From positions 2,112,001 to 2,176,000 of the forward strand of contig CAVUDW010000002.1 in NCBI GenBank assembly GCA_963740355.1: a DNA stretch of 64,000 nucleotides, in the 5' to 3' direction. This document shows positions 46,938 through 56,003 of this stretch, piece by piece. Under the pieces are notes generated by a model that had not been told where the DNA came from, searched no databases, and worked only from the letters and a program-made list of their open reading frames with translations. The stretch is from an uncultured Gemmatimonadaceae bacterium (lineage in GTDB: Bacteria; Gemmatimonadota; Gemmatimonadetes; Gemmatimonadales; Gemmatimonadaceae). Numbering within the stretch: position 1 is the stretch's first letter; every line of letters begins with the position of its first letter. Both the position numbers and the translations under genes were made by a program.

Positions 46938-49415
46938 ATGTCGGTGACCCCGCAGTCGGTGCCAGTGTTGTCGATCCGTGAGACGGATCGGCTGCGCGCG
47001 ATCGCGCGCCGGGTGCCTGCGGGCAACGCCGGCGCGCAGAACAACTGCGGTGTCATGCTCGCCCGTCGCAGCCTGGCGCATGAAGCCGCGGCCTGCTTCG
47101 AGCGCGCACTCGATGTCGATGCGCGCATGACGCTGGCGGCGCAGAACCTGCAGCAGCTGGCCGCGCGCACCACCGTCGATGCCGAACGCGTCAAGCTGCT
47201 CACGGACACGCTTCGGCAGCAGCCGCACGATGTCGGCACGGCGTTGGCGCTTGGCAAGTGGCACGCGCGCCTCGGTCGACCGGCCGATGCCGCCACCGTC
47301 CTTGGGGAGCTGCTCGACCGGTCACCGGATGACCTGACCGCGCTGCGCGAGATCGCCCTCGTCGAACAGGCGCTGGGCTACCCCGACCGTGCATCGGCGT
47401 GGCTCGACCGCGCGCTTGCGCTCGCGCCGAACGACGTCTCGCTGCACGCACTCTCCGGCGAAATTCTCTATCGCCGCGGCAAGACCGAGGCCGCCAAGCG
47501 CGCGCTCGAGCGTGCACTCGAGATCGACGAGTCGGCCGCCTGGCCGCAGCACCTGCTGGCGTTCGTGCTCGGTGACATGGGGCAGCTGGAGGAGGCGCAG
47601 GCCGCAGCGCAGCGTGCGTTGCAGCTCGATCCCAACCTCGCGCGCGTCGACATGAACCTGACGCTCGACGCGCGGCCGCTGAAGCCAGTGCCGCGCGCCG
47701 CCGGCGACAGCGATGGCCGCGCTCACCTCACCCTCGGCGTGGCCTACCGCAACACCGGCTACTTCGATCAGGCCCTCGCCGAGTTCGAGACGGCACTCAA
47801 TCGCGGTGAACCGGCCTCGCAGGTGTGGACGGCGGTGGCAGAGACGCGGTTGATGCGCGACGAGTGGGCACTGGCCGCCGCGGCATATGCCGACGCGGCC
47901 CGCGCCACGCCAGGCGCCAGCGCACCGCTCGTGGCGCGCGCGGCGGTGTTGGTGCGGAATGGCGATCTCGCGGATGCGCGCCAGGCAATCGAGCAGGCGC
48001 TCGGCTGTGACGGCGACACCGGCAGCGCACAACTGGTGCTCGGCGTGCTCGAGGCGCTCGAACAGCATCCCGTCGAGGCCCTCACGGCATTCCAGCGTGT
48101 GCGCGGGACGTCACGCGTGGAACTCGCTGCACGACTGAACGCGGCCTGGGTGATGCGACAGCTCGGCAGGCATGCGGAGTGCCTCGAAGGATTCCGTCGC
48201 GTTACGGAGGCCGATCCCCAAAATGCGCGCGCGTGGATCGGTGTCGGTGTTGCATTCAGCGAGCTGCGTCGCCTGCACGAAGCCTGCAGTGCCTTCGAGC
48301 GAGCCGTGACGCTGGCGCCGGAAAGTGCTGATGCGGCGTACCACCTCGCCTTCACGCTCTCGCAGCTCGGTCGGTATCAGGATGGTGTGCGTGCGATGAA
48401 GCGTGCCATGAGCTTCGAGGATGAGTTCGCGCCATTCCGGTTCCTGCTCGTACTCGAACCGGAACTGCCGGATTTTGTGCTCGAAGTCGTCGCCAACGAC
48501 GCCGTCACCGGTGACGCCATGGCGCTCATGATGCTCAGTGGAGCGCCGCGTCCGAACGTGACATCCGAGCAGAGCGTCGTGCTCGCGGAGCAGACGCCCG
48601 CACACCCGATGCGTGCCGCACTCGCGCCGATCGCTGACGCGGACAAGAAACGCACGCCACTGGGTGCGTGGGTCGCGCTCCGTCGCGGAGGCACGCCGGT
48701 GTCGCAGACCGGTGTCAATCATCGCGTCACTCGCCGCACGCCGGCGATCCCCTTCGTTCGTGTCACCGGATCCAGCTTGCCGCCGGTGAGTGCACCACGT
48801 GACACCGCGCCGATGCGCGCCGTTGGGCCGTCACCGATCGCACCTGCCATCGTGCGGAGTGCGGAAAGTGCGCTCCGAACCGCGCTGGCCGGCGATCCCG
48901 ATCTGGCACAGGTCCGCGTCGGCCTCGCGGCGTTGCTGCGTGAGGATGGTCGTGTGCAGGACGCGGAGCAGGAGTTGATCCGCGCTTTGGAGAGTGTGCC
49001 GACGTTCCATGATGCCGCACGTGCACTCGCCGAACTGCGCGTCGACATGGGCCGGCCGAGCGACGCCATGCAGGCCTTGGTGCGTCCGCTCCGCGCCAAC
49101 CCGCGTGATGCCGACCTGCTGGTGGCACTGGCGGAAGCGTTGCTCGCGCTTGGCCGCGAAGAGCAGGCGATGTCCGCCATCTCGCGCGGCGCCGCGGTGT
49201 CGCCGGATCACGCCGGTGTACGCACCTTGCAGGGCTATCTCGCGCTGCGTGCGGGACGTGAAGCCGAGGCGATGCAGCACTGGCGCGTGGCTGCAGTCTG
49301 CGCCACTGATGATCGCTGGGGCACACGGGCGCGACTCGCGCTGGCGGAACATGACGACATCGATGTGCCGCAGACGCCGGTCACGCTGGATTCCGTGCGA
49401 CTGGTGAAGGGCTGA
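46938..49415 (+). CDS. Large multi-TPR protein
   Basis: Many TPR signatures (AQNNCGV, AHLTLGVAY, AWIGVGVAF, AAYHLAFTL) separated by a Pro/Arg/Thr-rich linker. Confidence 0.85.
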   Translation: MSVTPQSVPVLSIRETDRLRAIARRVPAGNAGAQNNCGVMLARRSLAHEAAACFERALDVDARMTLAAQNLQQLAARTTVDAERVKLLTDTLRQQPHDVGTALALGKWHARLGRPADAATVLGELLDRSPDDLTALREIALVEQALGYPDRASAWLDRALALAPNDVSLHALSGEILYRRGKTEAAKRALERALEIDESAAWPQHLLAFVLGDMGQLEEAQAAAQRALQLDPNLARVDMNLTLDARPLKPVPRAAGDSDGRAHLTLGVAYRNTGYFDQALAEFETALNRGEPASQVWTAVAETRLMRDEWALAAAAYADAARATPGASAPLVARAAVLVRNGDLADARQAIEQALGCDGDTGSAQLVLGVLEALEQHPVEALTAFQRVRGTSRVELAARLNAAWVMRQLGRHAECLEGFRRVTEADPQNARAWIGVGVAFSELRRLHEACSAFERAVTLAPESADAAYHLAFTLSQLGRYQDGVRAMKRAMSFEDEFAPFRFLLVLEPELPDFVLEVVANDAVTGDAMALMMLSGAPRPNVTSEQSVVLAEQTPAHPMRAALAPIADADKKRTPLGAWVALRRGGTPVSQTGVNHRVTRRTPAIPFVRVTGSSLPPVSAPRDTAPMRAVGPSPIAPAIVRSAESALRTALAGDPDLAQVRVGLAALLREDGRVQDAEQELIRALESVPTFHDAARALAELRVDMGRPSDAMQALVRPLRANPRDADLLVALAEALLALGREEQAMSAISRGAAVSPDHAGVRTLQGYLALRAGREAEAMQHWRVAAVCATDDRWGTRARLALAEHDDIDVPQTPVTLDSVRLVKG

Positions 49416-50557
49416 TGGCACTCGAGGGCGCACTCCGCGATCTGGGCCTCGCTGAAGTGATTCAGCTGCTGGCTGGCGGACGACGCACGGGCGCACTGCG
49501 CGTCTCCGGCGGTGCTGGCGCGCGCGGCGCCATCCTGCGCTTCGTCGATGGCGCGATCGCGGCAGCGCGGTGGGATGATGAGCCCGAACCGTTGCTCAGC
49601 GCCTTGTCGCAGTCAGGCCAGATCGACGCCGATGATCGCAGTGCGGCGGCGCGGTGGGCCAGCGAGCAGTCGCCGCCACGATCCTTGGTCGATGGGCTGG
49701 TCGAAACCGGGTGCATCACCACGCGCACACGCGACACGGTTGCACGACGGCTCATCGATGATCTCTGCTTCGAGCTCACCACGTTCGCCGAAGGCACCTT
49801 CTCGTTCAACGACGGCGAGAAGGCGAGTGCATTGGAACCCACCACCAATCTCAACCTCTCCGGCGAAGAACTCTTCCTCGATGCCGCTCGCCGGCGCGAT
49901 GAATGGCCGGCGATCGAATCGCGAATCGGGTCGCTCGGCGCCGTGCCGGTGGTCTGTGATTGTGATGCCGACGGTGAGCTGGCGGTGCCGGCCGACGGGT
50001 GGCGCGTGCTGTCGTGTGTGGATGGCTGTCGCACCGTGCGCCAGGTGGCCTCTGCCGCCGGCATGCGGGTGTTCGAGACCGCGCGCTGGATATCGCGCTG
50101 GACTGCACTCGGCGCACTCACCACCGACGCGCGCGCCACCACGGCCGAGGATGGCGATGCGATGGCTGGCGTGGCGCAACTCACCGCGCAGGCGCGCCGT
50201 GCCTTGGCGGAGTCGCGGTTCGAGGTGGCCCTCGCTGCGGCCCGAACCGCGATTGGTCATGCGCCGCGCAGCGCCGCCGCCCACGTCCTCGCGGGTCGCG
50301 CACTGCTCGGCCTCGGGCGCACCGAGGACTGGGCCGAGGAGGTCCGCGTCGCGGTGCAGCTGGACCCGCTCCTTCCCGAGGCGCAGGAGCAGTATGGGTA
50401 CGTGGCGGCACGGAAGGGCGAATACGCTGCCGCACTGAACGCGTGGGAGCACTATCTTGAGGCAGCACCGACTGCGCCGGACGCGGCCAGGGTGCGAATC
50501 GCTCGCGATGCTGCGGCGCAACTCCAGGAACTGATCTCCGCACATGCCGGCAGCTGA
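49415..50557 (+). CDS. DUF4388 (PATAN-like) domain plus TPR protein
   Basis: MALEGALRDLGLAEVIQLLAGGRRTGALRV, EGTFSF, LDAARRRDEW, VDGCRTV, C-terminal TPRs. Confidence 0.82.
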   Translation: MALEGALRDLGLAEVIQLLAGGRRTGALRVSGGAGARGAILRFVDGAIAAARWDDEPEPLLSALSQSGQIDADDRSAAARWASEQSPPRSLVDGLVETGCITTRTRDTVARRLIDDLCFELTTFAEGTFSFNDGEKASALEPTTNLNLSGEELFLDAARRRDEWPAIESRIGSLGAVPVVCDCDADGELAVPADGWRVLSCVDGCRTVRQVASAAGMRVFETARWISRWTALGALTTDARATTAEDGDAMAGVAQLTAQARRALAESRFEVALAAARTAIGHAPRSAAAHVLAGRALLGLGRTEDWAEEVRVAVQLDPLLPEAQEQYGYVAARKGEYAAALNAWEHYLEAAPTAPDAARVRIARDAAAQLQELISAHAGS

Positions 50558-51287
50558 CGACATTCGCCGTTGGAGCAACGAACTCGCCACCGACCCGCAA
50601 AGCCTTGCCTTTGCGGACCTCGCCGAGGCGTTGCGCCAGCAGGGAGACCTCGAAACCGCCGAGCGATTGGCGATCCGGGGACTCGAGCGGCACCCCACCC
50701 ACGGTCCGGCGCTCAACGTGCTCGCGCGCATCGCCGAGGCGCGTGGTGATCTGAACGCGGCCGCGGCGTATTGGGAGCGCTCGCGTCAGCACAATCCGAC
50801 GCCTACCTCCGGCGCCGCCAATGGCAGCGCGCCGTCACCACGCACGAACGGGTTCGGTGAGGCCGCCGCCACCGGAGCCAGCCGCGTGACCGGTGCCGCC
50901 TATCCAACGGCCAGTTACGCGGCCGTGCCGAGTTTTTCTGCGACGCTCGCCACCCCTGTCAGCCGACCGGAAGTGGTGCGCTCGCTCGTTGCCGACGCCG
51001 ATGGCCTGCTGCTCGCCAGCCCACAGCCGAGCGATGACATGGCCGTGCTCGAGGCGATGGCGGCCGCAGTCGCCGGCGTGGGGGACGACGCCGCCAGAGC
51101 GATGAAGCACCTCAACCTCGGAACCTGGCACGCGCTGGTGCTGGAAACGGCGGGTGACTCACTCGCCCTCGCTCCGGCACCGGCAGGATCGCTGACGGTC
51201 CTCAGCGTGGCGCCGCATGTGCCGATCGGGCGCGTGCGCGCATTGCTTCGCGTGGCAACGGCGAGAGCCGCTGCCGACGGCTTCTGA
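50544..51287 (+). CDS. TPR plus roadblock/LC7 domain protein
   Basis: DPQSLAFADLAEALRQQGD...GLERHP; C-terminal VRSLVADADGLLLAS...EAMAAAV...LNLG...PIGRVR. Confidence 0.75.
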   Translation: MPAADDIRRWSNELATDPQSLAFADLAEALRQQGDLETAERLAIRGLERHPTHGPALNVLARIAEARGDLNAAAAYWERSRQHNPTPTSGAANGSAPSPRTNGFGEAAATGASRVTGAAYPTASYAAVPSFSATLATPVSRPEVVRSLVADADGLLLASPQPSDDMAVLEAMAAAVAGVGDDAARAMKHLNLGTWHALVLETAGDSLALAPAPAGSLTVLSVAPHVPIGRVRALLRVATARAAADGF

Positions 51288-51298
51288 GAGACCACGCC

Positions 51299-51643
51299 AT
51301 GGCGCAATACGACCTCGTGGTCGATGAACTGATGCACACCGCCGGTGTGCACGCCGCACTGATCGTCTCGCGTGCAGACGGCATCGTGGTGGATGGAAAC
51401 GTGCACATCGGGACCGACGCCGATGCCATCGCTGCCCTCGCCGCTCGCCTCTACGGCCGCGCGGCGCAGGCGGCGACCGCAGCAGACGGGACCGAGCCGG
51501 GATTTCTGCACCTCGAAGGCGAGCGGGGCAGGGTCTGCTGTGTGCCGCAAGGCGACCTGCTGCTGGTCACGGTGGCAGAACCATGGGCGAACCTCGGCCT
51601 GCTCCGCCTCACCATGCGGCGGCTCGCGCAGAGCCTCGGCTGA
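51299..51643 (+). CDS. Roadblock/LC7 (MglB-like) protein
   Basis: GVHAALIVSRADGIVV, DAIAALAA, LEGERG, ANLGLLRL. Confidence 0.85.
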   Translation: MAQYDLVVDELMHTAGVHAALIVSRADGIVVDGNVHIGTDADAIAALAARLYGRAAQAATAADGTEPGFLHLEGERGRVCCVPQGDLLLVTVAEPWANLGLLRLTMRRLAQSLG

Positions 51644-51833
51644 GCTCGGTTTCTGGCTCGTAGATGAGGTCGGCAAAGGGCTCGTGGCTGAGCTCGGCGC
51701 GATGTATACGGAAGTCTGCACGACGACGCGGCTGAGGCGTGCCGCGCGGAATCGTTCGGGATCGATCTGTGGCAAGCAGCCTCAAGTGCCCAATCCGGTA
51801 GGCCAGTCGTCGTTGGCTGGACACCGCAGACTC

Positions 51834-53753
51834 ATGAAACTCGATCAACGCCTCCGCTTCGATACCTTCGTCACAGGCTCGTCCAATCGCCTCGCTGTCG
51901 CCGCTGCCAAAGCGGTGGCCGATGCGCCAGGCGTCCTGTACAACCCGCTGTTTGTGTACGGCGCGTCTGGCCTCGGCAAGACGCACCTGATGCATGCGGT
52001 GGGCCACTCCGCCAAGGACAAGCAACCGTCCCTTGGCGTCGAGTACGTCGCGCTCGACGACTACATGGAGGAATTCCATCAGGCGTTGCAGGGCGGTCGA
52101 CTGGACACCTTCAAGAAGCGATACGAGTCCGCCGGCGTCCTGCTCCTCGACGACGTGCAGTTCCTTACGGGGCGCGCAGAGGTGCAGGGTGAATTGCTGC
52201 GCCTGTTCAACGTGCTCCAGGGACGCGGCACGCAGATCGTGATGACCAGTGATCGGCCACCCGATGAGATCACCGATGTCGCCGACCGATTGCTCACGCG
52301 CCTCACCGGCGGGCTGATCGTCGATGTCGGCATCCCGGACTACGAAACGCGTGTGGCCATCCTGCAGAAACTGCAGGGAGAGCGTGCGTCGCGATTCCGC
52401 GATGGTGTGCTCGAGGAACTCGCGCGTGTCGACTTCTCGAACATCCGTGAATTGCAGGGCGGTCTCAATCGGCTGCTCGCGCATCAGGGATTGAGCGACT
52501 CGGCGATCGGCGTCTCCGATGTCCGTCGCCTCGTCGGTGCCCGCGCCACGCCGCTCGCCAACGCGGCCATCTACGGCGAGATCGAGCAACACGAACGCGA
52601 CAACGACACGATCGACTACGACACCTTCGTGCAGGAAGTCGCGACGGCCGTCGTCGAACAGGTCGAGGAGTGGCGCGTTCGACTCGCCGATGCCGCCGCA
52701 CGGTGGCGCGCCGAGGGCATCAGTGTTGCCGTCCTCGATCGTGCGCTGCAACTGCGCGAGGCGCCGGACGTGGAGGGATTGCTGGCGACGTTCGGTGCTG
52801 CCGTCGAATACCTGCGCGATCTCGAGCGCCAGGGTTCCGCCGCCGATACCACGCTGTCTGGGCATGCGATCTTCCGTGATCCGGAGCGTGTGAAGGAAGC
52901 GCATGCACTGGTGCAGCAGGCCGTCTCGTCGATCGAGCCGCCACCACGCCCAGATCCGGCCTTCATCTTCGGCACCCTGCACGAGGGACGGGCCAACCAG
53001 CTCGCACTCCGCGCAGCACGCGCCGTTGTCGAGGCGCCGGGTACGCAGTACGTCCCCCTCGTCATCACCGGCCCATCGGGCAGCGGCCGTACGCACTTGC
53101 TGCATGCCATCGGCAATGCACTGATCGACGCTGGAGTGCAGACGGTCGCCTGTGTCTCCGCGGCCACGTTCGCCGAACAGCTCATCACCGCGCTGCGCGA
53201 AGGTGCGGTCGAGAAGTGGCGCGCGCGGTACCGCAATGCTGGCGCACTGCTTCTCGATGACATCGAGGCGGTGGCGGGCAAGGAACGCACGCAAGACGAA
53301 CTCTTCCACCTGTTCAATGCGTTGCAGAGCGCAGGACGACAGGTGGTGCTGACGTCGAGTGTCCCACCGAACCAGCTCGCAACGCTCGAGGACCGACTGC
53401 GGACACGATTCGCGCAGGGCCTGATCGTGGAGCTTGGCAGCCCGGACACCGCACAGCGCGTGGCCGTCATCACCAGCGTCTTCCACGCCCATCATGCGCG
53501 CGTCGATGACGCCGTGGTGGCCCAGCTCTCGGATCGTCCCGCGCGGTCGATTGGCGACGTGATTGCCACCGCACGTCGATTGCACGCTGCCGCGACACTT
53601 GCCAACGCGCCCATTACCGCAGCCTTCGTGGCAGCGGAGTTGGACGGTGCCGTCGCACCGCGCCGCGGACTGAAACACCTCATGGGTGACCCGGAGAATT
53701 TCGTGCATCGCTGGCCCGACCTCACGGCGCGTCTCAGCGAGGACGCTGACTGA
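51834..53753 (+). CDS. Tandem DnaA/Hda-type AAA+ ATPase without DNA-binding domain
   Basis: Domain 1: FDTFVTGSSNRLA, YNPLFVYGASGLGKTHL, LLLDDVQF, TSDRPP, PDYETRVAIL, SNIRELQG. Domain 2: GRANQLA, YVPLVITGPSGSGRTHL, LLLDDIE, TQDELFHLFNAL, LEDRLRTRF. Confidence 0.88.
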   Translation: MKLDQRLRFDTFVTGSSNRLAVAAAKAVADAPGVLYNPLFVYGASGLGKTHLMHAVGHSAKDKQPSLGVEYVALDDYMEEFHQALQGGRLDTFKKRYESAGVLLLDDVQFLTGRAEVQGELLRLFNVLQGRGTQIVMTSDRPPDEITDVADRLLTRLTGGLIVDVGIPDYETRVAILQKLQGERASRFRDGVLEELARVDFSNIRELQGGLNRLLAHQGLSDSAIGVSDVRRLVGARATPLANAAIYGEIEQHERDNDTIDYDTFVQEVATAVVEQVEEWRVRLADAAARWRAEGISVAVLDRALQLREAPDVEGLLATFGAAVEYLRDLERQGSAADTTLSGHAIFRDPERVKEAHALVQQAVSSIEPPPRPDPAFIFGTLHEGRANQLALRAARAVVEAPGTQYVPLVITGPSGSGRTHLLHAIGNALIDAGVQTVACVSAATFAEQLITALREGAVEKWRARYRNAGALLLDDIEAVAGKERTQDELFHLFNALQSAGRQVVLTSSVPPNQLATLEDRLRTRFAQGLIVELGSPDTAQRVAVITSVFHAHHARVDDAVVAQLSDRPARSIGDVIATARRLHAAATLANAPITAAFVAAELDGAVAPRRGLKHLMGDPENFVHRWPDLTARLSEDAD

Positions 53754-55378
53754 TGGCGATTCGTGGTAGCCTCAAGGAAGCGAGCTTTCCCGATGTGCTC
53801 CAACTGCTGGCACTGGGACAAAAATCCGGGTGTCTCAGCATCGTGGACGGCACGAAGTTCGGCTCGGTGTTCTTCCAGAACGGCAAGATCTCCTTTGCGG
53901 CGATCGTCAATCGACGCGATCGACTTGGCGACTCGCTCGTCAAGCGCGGGCACATCACCAAGGACCAGCTCGAGGATGCACTTCGTGCGCAGCTGACACA
54001 CCCGGGCCGCCGCGTGGGCGAGTTGCTGGTGGAGCTGGGCTTCGTGGCGCGCGAAGTGGTCGAGAAGGAACTGCGATCACTGGTGGAGGACGCGGTGTTC
54101 TCGCTCTTCACCTGGACGCAGGGAATCTGGACCTTCGAGCCCGACGTCCATCCCGATGGTCGTCAGCTCATGACGGCCATCAACCCTGAGTCGCTGCTGA
54201 TGGAAGGCGCGCGACGCACCGACGAGTGGGCGCTCGTCGAGCGACGGTTCCCGACCTTCGATCTCGTCTTCGAGATGGACGCGGCACGTGCAGGCCAGTC
54301 CACGCCGCTGAGCGGCGAGCTGGCCGAGGTCGCGCACCTGCTCGACGGCCGGCGCACCATTCGCGCCGTGATCGAACGCTCCGGCCTCGGTGAGTTCACG
54401 GTCGGCAAGGCGCTCTACGAGTTGGCGATGCAAGGGTTGCTGGTGCAGGTCACCAACGCCGAGACGGTGCGCAGCGACGACTCTGACATCGGCGGCACGA
54501 CGGCCGAGAAGGCGCTCAAGATGGGACTCGCGCTTGCCAAGGCCGGCATGATCGAGGACTCCGCCCGCGAATTCCGTCGTGTCGTCGAAGCCTCGCCCAA
54601 CGATCCGATTGCGCGGCACCAGCTCGGGCTGCTGGCGCTCAAGCAGGGGGAGTGGGACGATGCAGTGGGCTGGCTGGAACCGTTGGCGCAGCTGGACGAT
54701 GCGTCGTCGACGATGCTCCATCATCTGGCTCTCGCGTACGAGGGGCTGGGTCGCGAGCTTGATTCCGCACGCACGCTCGAGCGCGCCGCACGGTCGGGTG
54801 GGATGTCATCGCCGCAAGTCGAACTGTCGCGCGCGTTGCACGCCTTCCAACTCGGCGACTACGTGCGCGCCGACGCGATGCTCGCTTCCGCCCGCACCCG
54901 GTTCGACGGCGATGCGCCACCGGCCGTCTGGTTTCACTACGCGTCTCTGGTGGCCGCGGCGCGCGATGATGCCGATCAGGCGCAAGCGCTGCTCGAGGAA
55001 GGGATTCGCACACATCCCTCGGTCGGTGTGCTGCACGCCAACTACGCGGCACTGTTGCTCACACGCGGCGCGCTGACGGCGGCTGCGGCAGCTGTGGAGC
55101 GCGGGATGCTGCACGCCGCCAATCTCGCGCCGTTCCAGAAGACGGTCGGCGACCTCGCGTATCGTGTCGCGCGTTTCGACGATGCCATGGAAGCGTATCA
55201 GCGCGCCGTGCGGCTCGAACCGTCACTCGGTCCAGATGTGTACCTGAAGCTCGGTGAATTGCGGTACCAGCGCGGTGAGACACTTGAATCGCAGCGTTGC
55301 TGGCAACGCGTGCTCGAACTCGATCCAGGCAATCGTCAGGCGCAAGTCAGCCTCGATGCCATTCGACGTGCCTCATGA
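53753..55378 (+). CDS. DUF4388 (PATAN-like) domain with MshEN-type insert plus TPR repeats
   Basis: MAIRGSLKEASFPDVLQLL, RLGDSLVKRGHITKDQLEDALRAQ, LLMEGARRTDEW, LDGRRTI, TPRs. Confidence 0.85.
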   Translation: MAIRGSLKEASFPDVLQLLALGQKSGCLSIVDGTKFGSVFFQNGKISFAAIVNRRDRLGDSLVKRGHITKDQLEDALRAQLTHPGRRVGELLVELGFVAREVVEKELRSLVEDAVFSLFTWTQGIWTFEPDVHPDGRQLMTAINPESLLMEGARRTDEWALVERRFPTFDLVFEMDAARAGQSTPLSGELAEVAHLLDGRRTIRAVIERSGLGEFTVGKALYELAMQGLLVQVTNAETVRSDDSDIGGTTAEKALKMGLALAKAGMIEDSAREFRRVVEASPNDPIARHQLGLLALKQGEWDDAVGWLEPLAQLDDASSTMLHHLALAYEGLGRELDSARTLERAARSGGMSSPQVELSRALHAFQLGDYVRADAMLASARTRFDGDAPPAVWFHYASLVAAARDDADQAQALLEEGIRTHPSVGVLHANYAALLLTRGALTAAAAAVERGMLHAANLAPFQKTVGDLAYRVARFDDAMEAYQRAVRLEPSLGPDVYLKLGELRYQRGETLESQRCWQRVLELDPGNRQAQVSLDAIRRAS

Positions 55379-55903
55379 CCGCGCTGGCGGCGCCGCCGTA
55401 CGCGCCTGACTCGCGCGCGACAGTCGAGGCCGACGTGCTGACTGTCGTGATGGGCAAGGCTGGTGTCGCGCATGAAGGCACGCTGTTGCGAACCGTTGGC
55501 CTGGGATCATGCGTCGCCGTGATCATCTTCGCGCCGCAGCAGCGCCTTGCTGGCCTCGCGCACTGCATGTTGCCTGATCGCGAGGACGCGGATGACCCGC
55601 CGTCGCGATTCGTCGACACCGCCGTGCCCGCGCTGATCGACGAACTGCAGGCCGCAGGGAGCATCCGCGCCGTACGCTGCGGCACTGGTCGGCGGCGCCT
55701 CGATGTTTCCCGGCGTGTCCACCGGGTTCGTGCGCGACATCGCCGGAAGCAATCTCGAACGTGCGCGTGCCGCGCTGGCCGCCGCCGCCGTGCCGGTTCG
55801 TGTCGAAGACGTCGGTGGCAGCGAGGGACGCTCGGTGCTCGTCGATCCCGCCACCCAACGCGTCCGGGTGCATACGATGCGCGGTGGCGACCGGTGGCTG
55901 TGA
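55375..55903 (+). pseudogene. cheD: CheD deamidase with a 1-nt frameshift (possibly a sequencing error)
   Basis: LRTVGLGSCVAV, GLAHCMLP, RFVDTAV, then in another frame LVGGASMF, EDVGGSEGRSV. Deleting one G at 55657-55659 gives 175 aa. Confidence 0.85.
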
Positions 55904-56003
55904 TGACCGCCCTCCGTCCGATACTCTTCATCTCGATGTCTTCGGCCGCGCTCGACAGGGCGACGGTAGTGCCGCCCCGTGGCGGTAGTCCTCTGGAGCG
56001 TTC

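Noticed and set aside
51372..51833. N-terminal 154 aa of the 793-aa ORF as part of the ATPase
   Set aside because: It overlaps the roadblock gene in another frame and has no protein-like features; DnaA similarity starts at ATG 51834.
51834..53753. Calling this gene dnaA and the region oriC
   Set aside because: No domain I or IV, duplicated ATPase domain, no dnaN/recF/gyrB neighbours, and no TTATCCACA boxes or AT-rich unwinding element seen.
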